DNA of 32,000 nt from Synechocystis sp. PCC 6803 substr. PCC-P. Lineage in GTDB: Bacteria > Cyanobacteriota > Cyanobacteriia > Cyanobacteriales > Microcystaceae. The notes under the pieces were generated by a model. That model ran no database searches and was not told the origin of the DNA. It worked only from the letters and a program-made list of their open reading frames with translations. The stretch is from NCBI RefSeq assembly GCF_000284455.1, contig NC_017039.1, positions 1,200,001-1,232,000 of the forward strand, given 5' to 3'. The translations under genes were made by a program, and so were the position numbers. How positions within the stretch are numbered: the stretch's first letter is position 1; every line of letters starts with the position of its first letter. This document shows positions 26,162 through 32,000 of this stretch, one piece after another.

Positions 26162-26635
26162 ATGCCAGGCCAATCCACCAAGTCCACTTTAATCATCGGT
26201 TACGGCAATACCCTGCGGGGGGACGACGGCGTGGGGCGTTACCTAGCGGAAGAAATTGCTCAGCAAAACTGGCCCCATTGTGGAGTTATTTCCACCCATC
26301 AACTCACCCCAGAATTGGCCGAGGCGATCGCCGCTGTGGACCGGGTAATTTTCATTGATGCCCAACTGCAGGAATCAGCAAACGAACCATCGGTGGAAGT
26401 TGTGGCCTTAAAAACCCTGGAACCCAACGAACTGTCAGGGGATTTGGGGCACCGGGGTAATCCCAGGGAACTCTTGACCCTGGCTAAAATTCTCTACGGC
26501 GTTGAGGTAAAGGCTTGGTGGGTGTTGATTCCGGCCTTCACCTTTGATTATGGAGAGAAATTGTCTCCCCTGACCGCCCGGGCCCAAGCCGAAGCCTTAG
26601 CCCAGATCCGCCCCTTGGTATTGGGGGAGAGATAA
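26162..26635 (+). CDS. hoxW: [NiFe]-hydrogenase maturation endopeptidase (HybD/HoxW family)
   Basis: 157 aa. LIIGYGNTLRGDDGVGRYLAEEI and VIFIDA are the GxGNxxxxDDGxG / D metal-ligand pattern of hydrogenase C-terminal proteases. No hox structural genes occur in the window. Confidence 0.85.
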   Translation: MPGQSTKSTLIIGYGNTLRGDDGVGRYLAEEIAQQNWPHCGVISTHQLTPELAEAIAAVDRVIFIDAQLQESANEPSVEVVALKTLEPNELSGDLGHRGNPRELLTLAKILYGVEVKAWWVLIPAFTFDYGEKLSPLTARAQAEALAQIRPLVLGER

Positions 26636-26662
26636 AGCCAAGGGAAACTCAAAATTGAAAAG

Positions 26663-27004
26663 TTAGGCTTCTACGGCCACAGCTTTAGCTTTTTTCTCTT
26701 TTTCAGGCTTTTCGGGGGTGAGCTTAATGCTCAAAAAGCGCATCACATTATCGTTAAGACGCATATCCCGTTCAATTAAAGCAATCTGCTGGCCTTCACC
26801 GTTGAAGTTGAACAAAACATAAATGCCATCGTTAAAGCGACGGATTTGGTAAGCTAGACGGCGTTTACCCCAAACCTTCACCGATACTTCTTCGGCGGCA
26901 TTGTTGGTCAAAAATTCTTGGTATTTGGTAACTTCTTGGCTAACCCGTTCTTCATTCAGGTCGGGACGGAGAATTACCATCAGTTCGTAACTATTCACAA
27001 GCAC
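26663..27004 (-). CDS. rpsF: 30S ribosomal protein S6
   Basis: [17 protein letters not shown]...[20 protein letters not shown] is canonical S6. The track starts at the GTG at 27004. A second in-frame GTG at 26998 has better spacing from AAGGAG. Confidence 0.95.
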   Translation of the reverse strand: MLVNSYELMVILRPDLNEERVSQEVTKYQEFLTNNAAEEVSVKVWGKRRLAYQIRRFNDGIYVLFNFNGEGQQIALIERDMRLNDNVMRFLSIKLTPEKPEKEKKAKAVAVEA

Positions 27005-27308
27005 ATGACTCCTTATGGACTTTAGGGCTTAAACTCAGGCAGGCGCAGCAACCATCATCGTCTGGGCTAGTTCAGTTGCCATGGAAGACACTGTTATTCG
27101 CTAAAACCATGACTAGCTGACACCAAAGTTTGAGTAAAAGCAAGGATCTTTTATCATACTCGTTAGGGTGGCCGGGGAGCTAGGGGTTAATCCCATAGTC
27201 GAACCTTTACCAAAAGCCTGTCCATGGACTGCAATACCCCTCTGACTCTAAACTTTGGGCAATGTTGGATGGGTTACCGTCCCCTTGATCACTTTCTTTA
27301 ACACCACC

Positions 27309-28139
27309 ATGGTCCAACGTTACGTTCGTATCCAGGCTGACTCTGGCACCGTCCATTATGGTTTGTTCCAATTGGATCACAGTGTGATTTTGCTAAGTGC
27401 GGCGCCTTGGTTGGGGGGCCAAGCCCTAGATGTTGCCGTTAGTGAAGGGGATTATCGGTTACTAGCTCCCTGTGAACCTTCTAAAATCGTGGCGGTGGGA
27501 CGCAATTACCGGGCCCATGCGGCGGAATTGGGTAACGATGTGCCGGCGGAACCCCTCTTATTTTTTAAACCTCCTTCGGCGATCGCCGCTGACCAGGAAG
27601 AAATTGTTTATCCGTCCCAGTCCCAACGGGTGGACTACGAAGGGGAATTGGCAGTCATTATTGGCAAACAAGTAAAAGATATTACTGAAGAAGAAGCGGC
27701 CAGCGCCATTTGGGGCTACACCATTGCCAACGATATTACGGCTAGGGATTTGCAGCGGCAGGATTCCCAATGGACGCGGGCCAAGGGCTTTGACGGTTTT
27801 TGTCCCCTGGGGCCCTGGGTAGTACGTCACATCGACCCAGAGGCCCATTTGGAAACCACCGTTAATGATGAGGAAACTCCCCGGCAAGCCACGGCCATCA
27901 GCGATATGGTTTTTACTCCCCCGGTATTAGTGAGCTACATTTCCCGAGTGATGACCCTCTACCCTGGCGATGTAATTTTGACTGGTACTCCGGAAGGCAT
28001 TAGTGCCCTCCAAGTGGGAGACAAAGTGGAGGTGGAAATTGAAGGCATTGGTAATTTAACTAATACAATCATCGCGCCTCCCCTAACGGCCCCGGAGTTA
28101 GCGGAAACGGTGGAGTTGGAAGTCGAAGCAGATAATTGA
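27309..28139 (+). CDS. Fumarylacetoacetate hydrolase (FAH) family protein (HpcE/YcgM-like isomerase/decarboxylase/hydrolase)
   Basis: KIVAVGRNYRAHAAELGN, YEGELAVIIGK, ANDITARDLQ and KGFDGFCPLGPW are FAH-fold signatures. I prefer the ATG at 27309 (MVQRYVRIQ) to the track's TTG at 27255. Confidence 0.85.
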   Translation: MVQRYVRIQADSGTVHYGLFQLDHSVILLSAAPWLGGQALDVAVSEGDYRLLAPCEPSKIVAVGRNYRAHAAELGNDVPAEPLLFFKPPSAIAADQEEIVYPSQSQRVDYEGELAVIIGKQVKDITEEEAASAIWGYTIANDITARDLQRQDSQWTRAKGFDGFCPLGPWVVRHIDPEAHLETTVNDEETPRQATAISDMVFTPPVLVSYISRVMTLYPGDVILTGTPEGISALQVGDKVEVEIEGIGNLTNTIIAPPLTAPELAETVELEVEADN

Positions 28140-28191
28140 TCTTAATTTCCGCCTCTGCTGTGCCTTATTGACCGAGATTTTTCCCTTGCCC

Positions 28192-29010
28192 ATGAGTGAA
28201 CCTAACCTCAACCCCGCCTATACCCTCGACCAGGCGATCGCCAATTTGCAACAAACAGAAGATGCCAGTGCCCGTTACTATGCGGCCTGGTGGATTGGTC
28301 GTTTTCGCGCTGCTCAACCGGAAACCATTGCTGCTTTGTTGGTCGCCTTGGAAGATGAAACTGATCGCTCCCCGGACGGTGGTTATCCCCTGCGGCGTAA
28401 TGCGGCTAAAGCGTTGGGAAAATTAGGCGATCGCCAAGTGGTGCCGGCCCTAATCAAAGCCTTGGAATGTGAAGATTACTATGTGCGAGAGTCAGCGGCC
28501 CAGGCGCTGGAAGGTTTGGGGGATGCTAGAGCGATGGCACCTCTAATGGCCAAGTTAACGGGGGGATTAGCAGCGGCCCAGCTTGTGGAGGGTAAACCCC
28601 ATTTAGCCCAACCCTACGAAGCGATTATTGAAGCCCTGGGTACTCTCCAAGCTGTGGAGTCCATTGGTTTAATTGAACCGTTTCTAGAGCATTTTTCCCC
28701 GAAAGTCCAATACGCCGCCGCCAGGGCCCTATTTCAGTTAACTGGGGATAACCGTTACGGCGACCTTCTCATTACTGCTCTGGGGGGGACAGACTTACAA
28801 TTACGCCGTTCCGCCATGATGGATTTGGGAGCCACTGGCTACTTGCCCGGCGCCCAGGCGATCGCCAAAGCCTTTGCAGAAAATAGCCTCAAGTTGATCG
28901 CCCTGCGAGATTTGTGGGCCACCCATCGCCAAAGGCAAGCAAGTTCTGAATCGAAGGCGCTCAGTCCAGCTAGCCGACAAATATTGGAATTAATGGATAG
29001 TTTACTCTGA
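28192..29010 (+). CDS. cpcE: Phycocyanobilin lyase subunit CpcE (HEAT-like PBS lyase repeats)
   Basis: MSEPNLNPAYTLDQAIANLQQ...RYYAAWWIGRFR...RRNAAKALGKLGD...VRESAAQALEGLGD. The ATG at 28192 is preferred to the TTG at 28168. No cpcF lies downstream. Confidence 0.9.
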   Translation: MSEPNLNPAYTLDQAIANLQQTEDASARYYAAWWIGRFRAAQPETIAALLVALEDETDRSPDGGYPLRRNAAKALGKLGDRQVVPALIKALECEDYYVRESAAQALEGLGDARAMAPLMAKLTGGLAAAQLVEGKPHLAQPYEAIIEALGTLQAVESIGLIEPFLEHFSPKVQYAAARALFQLTGDNRYGDLLITALGGTDLQLRRSAMMDLGATGYLPGAQAIAKAFAENSLKLIALRDLWATHRQRQASSESKALSPASRQILELMDSLL

Positions 29011-29042
29011 AATAATTGGAAATTTACAGATTTACGGAGATT

Positions 29043-30239
29043 TCAAGCTAGCCCCAGGGATTCTTCCAACGCACCAATTACGACTTCCGCCACCTGTTGA
29101 ATGCGAAAACGACAGGCCAGGGTTTCAGTGGAATTAAAACTGCCATTTTCCCAAAATTTATTACTGCCAGCGCCACCACCACACAAACCGAAATAATCAC
29201 AGGTTTGGCGACATTTTTCCACCCCCTGGGTCATATCGTGGTAAATGCGCTGGAATTTTTCCGTTTGACAAATAGATGCAAAAGAATCCGTTAACACATT
29301 ACCAAAAATAAAATCACCATACTGGGGCGTTTTAATGGCTAATAATTCTGGGTCAAAGGTGGAAAAGTTACCCTGGTGGTCGATGCTAACAATGGCAAAG
29401 GGACGATTCATATCCGTGTGATCGAGACGGTCTTCGGTGTAAATCAAATTGCATAAACATTCAAATTCCCGCACTCGAAATTCTGGTTCACTGGTGCTGG
29501 TTAATTGCCAAAATCGTTCCAAAAATTGTCGATATTTTTGTAAAGTGCCCTGTTTATTCAGGGAAGATTCTGTGTTAATTCCCTCTGTTTCTTCCATATT
29601 AAAACCCACATCCAGTAGGTTATGATCCCGGAAAAAGTGAAAAATTTCGTCGGGATAATCTAAAGATTCTTCAGTTAAAACTGCAATAACACTGTGACAA
29701 ATATCATTTTTTTGTAACCATTCAATGCCTCGCATGGTGGCGGCATGGCTACCCCGGCCAGTTCTGGTTTTACGGTGTTTATCGTGGAGAAAAGCGGGGC
29801 CGTCTAAACTAATACCCACATGGACAGGATATTGTTTAAAGAGGTCACACCAAGCTTGGTTAATTAAAATGCCATTACTTTGAAAGGAATGGTCAAACCA
29901 CAGTTGGCGGTGATTGTATTTTTCCCCGTAGGTTTCGATCTTGGCAAAAGCCTGACGGTAAAATTCTAGCCCAGCGGCCAATGGTTCCCCCGCATGCCAA
30001 CACAGACTAAAGTTGCTAGTGGTAAAAGGGCTAGCAAAAATCGCCTGCATAATTGGTTCCAACAAATCCAGGGGCAGATGATTTTTTAAATGGCGATCGG
30101 GTAAGTAACAATAATCACAATCTAAATTGCAATAGGAAGTGGGTTGAATAATAATTAAATTGGTGGGGCCAAAATTAGTTATGTCCACATCCCTTATACT
30201 TTCATTAATGGGTTGGGTTTGGTTGACTAAAGCTTGCAT
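29043..30239 (-). CDS. grrM: Radical SAM / SPASM-type maturase of the Gly-rich-repeat modification (GRRM) family, related to anaerobic sulfatase-maturase-like enzymes
   Basis: 398 aa. CNLDCDYC (CX3CX2C) at aa 37-44 was checked against the DNA at 30108-30131. GEPL follows. Seven Cys lie in the C-terminal 140 aa (C261, C263, C324, C343, C347, C353, C376), including CRQTCDYFGLCGGG. It is the last gene of a same-strand cluster with the Gly-rich precursors. The symbol follows the GRRM naming as I recall it. Confidence 0.9.
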   Translation of the reverse strand: MQALVNQTQPINESIRDVDITNFGPTNLIIIQPTSYCNLDCDYCYLPDRHLKNHLPLDLLEPIMQAIFASPFTTSNFSLCWHAGEPLAAGLEFYRQAFAKIETYGEKYNHRQLWFDHSFQSNGILINQAWCDLFKQYPVHVGISLDGPAFLHDKHRKTRTGRGSHAATMRGIEWLQKNDICHSVIAVLTEESLDYPDEIFHFFRDHNLLDVGFNMEETEGINTESSLNKQGTLQKYRQFLERFWQLTSTSEPEFRVREFECLCNLIYTEDRLDHTDMNRPFAIVSIDHQGNFSTFDPELLAIKTPQYGDFIFGNVLTDSFASICQTEKFQRIYHDMTQGVEKCRQTCDYFGLCGGGAGSNKFWENGSFNSTETLACRFRIQQVAEVVIGALEESLGLA

Positions 30240-30278
30240 AAGTGATCACCAATTGAGGCAAATGATTTGTTATTACAA

Positions 30279-30797
30279 TTAAAGGGGAGAAGTACATACC
30301 CAGATTGACTTTTGTTCATTAACTGGATCCATAATCAGTTGTGGCGCTAACCCTAAATTAGATTCCCTTGTTTCTTCAAAGTTAGAACCAAATACTGCTT
30401 GAAGTGGTTCACGGGCAATCTCCACAGGAACCTCAAAGGTGACAGCATAAACTCCCCAGGTGCCCGCCGGAATCATAACTGCTGAAACAGGAAGACCGTA
30501 ATAACTTTCCTTAATTTGATAGTAAGCAAAGTCATCCTCGATTTTATCTGGCACAAGACGCTGAAAAAATCGATGTTTTGGCCGATCAATCCCTTCCCAG
30601 GGAGCAAGATAAACTCCTTCAAATTTACATTCAGGAAAGCTCCGCATCATGTCCTCAAAATCACTGGCAAAGTTATCGGTAATGACTTTCGCCGGCTCGG
30701 CAAGAAGGGGTTGGGATGGTAATAGTTGGTAACCAACAATTGCCAGGGAGACTATCACTACCCGATAAGCAGAAACAGATGAGAAAGAAAACAGCAA
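30279..30797 (-). CDS. Hypothetical secreted protein embedded in the GRRM cluster
   Basis: 172 aa with a TTG start. The signal-like N-terminus is YRVVIVSLAIVGYQLLPSQPLLA-EP. The mature part contains two Cys. No recognisable domain. The gaps are 44 nt to the upstream gene and 39 nt to the downstream gene. Confidence 0.65.
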   Translation of the reverse strand: MLFSFSSVSAYRVVIVSLAIVGYQLLPSQPLLAEPAKVITDNFASDFEDMMRSFPECKFEGVYLAPWEGIDRPKHRFFQRLVPDKIEDDFAYYQIKESYYGLPVSAVMIPAGTWGVYAVTFEVPVEIAREPLQAVFGSNFEETRESNLGLAPQLIMDPVNEQKSIWVCTSPL

Positions 30798-30841
30798 TTT
30801 TGTTCCCTAGGTTTCAGTGTTGGCTGTGAAATGTTAGTAAA

Positions 30842-31276
30842 CTACCAACGATTAACAAAACCACCGCCGCCGCCCCGGTTAACAAAGCCTCCCCCGTCTC
30901 CCCAACCATTGCCCCAGGGATTATTAACATTGGCAAAGCCGCCGCCCCCACTGCCATCGGCCCAGCCGCCGCGCCCGACATTAGCAAAGCCACCGCCCCC
31001 GGCACCATCACCCCATCCTCCCCGCCGGGCATTACCAAAACCACCACCACCGCCACCATTGGCAAAACCAGCTTGTAGATTAGCTCGATTGATGGGAGTT
31101 TCCTCTGGGGACATTTGATTAGCCCTTTGCTGTAGAGCTGAGCTGATATTGTTTAACCGAGTGGAAAGGGCATTCTGAGAATTAGTTGCCAGGGCATTGC
31201 CCGGTTCTGCCACTGTTCCGATCGCCGTTAGGGCAATTACAAATGCTGTCCAGCTAGAGCGGTTATTGATAGCCAT
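30842..31276 (-). CDS. grrA: Gly-rich repeat precursor protein B (signal peptide, leader-like segment, 75-aa G/W/F/N repeat tail)
   Basis: The track ORF runs to 31333. The ATG at 31276 (MAINNRSSWTAFVIALTAIG) aligns with the paralogue's N-terminus (MNSNQLSWTAFLVAIAG) and has GGGAG about 8 nt upstream. The tail is GFANGGGGGGFGNARRGGWGDGAGGGGFANVGRGGWADGSGGGGFANVNNPWGNGWGDGGGFVNRGGGGGFVNRW. Confidence 0.85.
   Translation of the reverse strand: MAINNRSSWTAFVIALTAIGTVAEPGNALATNSQNALSTRLNNISSALQQRANQMSPEETPINRANLQAGFANGGGGGGFGNARRGGWGDGAGGGGFANVGRGGWADGSGGGGFANVNNPWGNGWGDGGGFVNRGGGGGFVNRW
30845..31069 (-). repeat. In-frame coding tandem repeat (about 51 nt / 17 aa unit) in precursor B
   Basis: On the plus strand, attggcaaagccgccgcccccactgccatcggcccagccgccgcgcccgac is followed by attagcaaagccaccgcccccggcaccatcaccccatcctccccgccgggc. 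These encode RGGWADGSGGGGFANVN and RGGWGDGAGGGGFANVG. More degenerate copies flank them. Confidence 0.8.
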
Positions 31277-31342
31277 GGATATTGCTCCCAGATTAATGAG
31301 GTGATGGGGAAAGAACAGATGGATGGATCTCAATGATAAGCC

Positions 31343-31747
31343 TTACCAACGGTTGATGAAGCCGCCCCCATCAGGCCAACGACGGTTATAGAAACCGCCC
31401 CGATCGCCCCAGCCGTTACGCCAAGGATTGATATTGCCGAAGCCACCGCCCCCTCGGCCATTGCCCCAGCCACCTCTACCTAGGTTAACAAATGTACCGC
31501 CACCTCGCCCATTACCCCAACCGATCGCCACCTGCATAGGGGTTTCTGGAGATTGGGAAGCATTTTCTGGGGAATTAGCTTTATCAGCAGTGTTTTTAAG
31601 GCTGGAATTAATGCGAGCAATGCGGGATTCAATGGTGGTGCCTTGATCTGGGCCATGATGGTCAACAGTGGCAGCCTGAGCTGAAGCGGACGTTACCCCG
31701 GCGATCGCCACCAGGAAAGCGGTCCAGCTAAGTTGGTTAGAGTTCAT
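31343..31747 (-). CDS. grrA: Gly-rich repeat precursor protein A (signal peptide, leader-like segment, 60-aa G/W/F/N repeat tail)
   Basis: 134 aa. The signal peptide is MNSNQLSWTAFLVAIAGVTSASAQA. The tail is IGWGNGRGGGTFVNLGRGGWGNGRGGGGFGNINPWRNGWGDRGGFYNRRWPDGGGFINRW. It shares the C-terminal F-[VI]-N-R-W with the paralogue and contains no Cys. Confidence 0.9.
   Translation of the reverse strand: MNSNQLSWTAFLVAIAGVTSASAQAATVDHHGPDQGTTIESRIARINSSLKNTADKANSPENASQSPETPMQVAIGWGNGRGGGTFVNLGRGGWGNGRGGGGFGNINPWRNGWGDRGGFYNRRWPDGGGFINRW
31346..31525 (-). repeat. Degenerate coding repeats (GRGG-W-G-N-G / GGG-F-x-N units) in precursor A
   Basis: GWGNGRGGGTFVNLGRGGWGNGRGGGGFGNIN contains two consecutive copies of about 15-17 aa. 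The C-terminal units are shorter. Confidence 0.7.
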
Positions 31748-31855
31748 GACAAATACCTAAAAATGGACAACAACAATGGGGGTAGGGATTAGCCAAGGTT
31801 GGAACAGTCCCCAAAACGTGCCAACCAAATTACTACCAATTAAAGTCAACTTCGT

Positions 31856-32000
31856 TTACTGGCCATTTTTGGGTTCCATCACCTGCTCATGGGTAATTAC
31901 TAGGTAATTAAAAAATTGACGGAGATTGTCATTGTCCACGGGCACAATACCTTCGGTGCCGATCCATTTGTCAACGATGGCCACATCTTCCGGATCCCCT
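31856..32000 (-). CDS. 3' end of an unidentified gene running off the window edge
   Basis: My translation of the minus strand from 31999: GDPEDVAIVDKWIGTEGIVPVDNDNLRQFFNYLVITHEQVMEPKNGQ*, with the TAA at 31858-31856. The frame stays open to the window edge. No family recognised. Confidence 0.45.
   Translation of the reverse strand, partial: GDPEDVAIVDKWIGTEGIVPVDNDNLRQFFNYLVITHEQVMEPKNGQ

Noticed and set aside
26158-26358. 66-aa plus-strand ORF overlapping the hoxW start in another frame
   Set aside because: It is Arg/Pro-rich off-frame translation. The hoxW frame carries the protease motifs.
27255-27308. TTG-initiated 18-aa N-terminal extension of the FAH-family protein, and the similar TTG extension of cpcE at 28168-28191
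   Set aside because: Both internal ATGs give N-termini of the expected length and sequence for their families. The extensions look like artefacts of longest-ORF calling.
30814-31065. 83-aa Ala/Val/Gly-rich minus-strand ORF in another frame of the repeat
   Set aside because: It is an alternative frame of the GC-rich repeat DNA. It overlaps the better-supported precursor B frame and extends past that gene's stop without any supporting signal.
30831-31118. 95-aa Pro-rich plus-strand ORF (KPPPPP repeats)
   Set aside because: It is the reverse-complement shadow of the Gly-rich (GGN codon) repeats of precursor B. It has no start context of its own, whereas the minus-strand frame has a signal peptide, a paralogue and operon context.
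31277-31333. N-terminal extension of precursor B (MRSIHLFFPHHLINLGAIS) given by the ORF track
   Set aside because: The internal ATG at 31276 aligns with the paralogue's start and has a GGGAG Shine-Dalgarno-like element. The extension would place 19 odd residues ahead of the signal peptide.
31428-31646. 72-aa Pro-rich plus-strand ORF
   Set aside because: This is the same antisense shadow effect, opposite precursor A.
31797-31826. GGTTGG-18 nt-CCAACC inverted repeat upstream of precursor A as a terminator of the upstream gene or an operator of the GRRM operon
   Set aside because: It has a 6-bp stem with a large loop and no U-tract. It is visible in the sequence but too weak to assign a function.
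1-32000. Search for CRISPR arrays, rRNA/tRNA genes, intact IS elements or transposases, and prophage genes
   Set aside because: I saw no regularly spaced direct repeats, no rRNA- or tRNA-like conserved blocks and no DDE or serine/tyrosine recombinase ORFs. The only mobile-type signals are the Rpn-like gene and a degenerate dispersed repeat.

Overview
The window looks like chromosomal DNA from a unicellular cyanobacterium. The HIP1 palindrome GCGATCGC is dense (about 30 perfect copies by manual scan). The gene order trpD, deoC, GH116 glucosidase, pirBA/pirR, mutS2, pphA, ABC1 kinase, ddl, exoD, clpS, hoxW, rpsF, cpcE matches my memory of the slr1867-slr1878 neighbourhood of Synechocystis sp. 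PCC 6803; I cannot verify that here. I support about 36 coding regions. I see no rRNA, tRNA, CRISPR array or intact IS element. Most of the window is housekeeping. Three parts stand out. (1) At the right end (29043-31747, minus strand) is a four-gene cluster: two paralogous exported Gly/Trp/Phe/Asn-repeat proteins, a 172-aa secreted protein of unknown function, and a radical SAM/SPASM enzyme. This is a GRRM-type, RiPP-like maturation system. Every Phe and Trp in the repeat tails except each protein's C-terminal Trp is followed at +2 by Asn or Asp, which is the pattern expected for three-residue cyclophane crosslinks. The native product and its role are, as far as I know, uncharacterised. (2) At the left end (53-5619) is an AT-rich, HIP1-poor four-gene operon: a LarA-like protein with insertions, an AEC permease, an orphan solute-binding lipoprotein and a Cache-like sensor with no output domain. 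(3) A small accessory islet (about 10.3-14.2 kb) holds an orphan UPF0175 antitoxin-like gene, an Rpn/PD-(D/E)XK nuclease-like gene, a Q-rich hypothetical, a Ser/Thr-kinase N-terminal remnant and a NYN-LOTUS protein. I also note a 23-nt direct repeat in the pirA/pirR divergent promoter, a 58-aa ORF below the track threshold, and a 13-nt convergent overlap of pirR and mutS2. All function calls come from motif recognition by eye; no searches were run.
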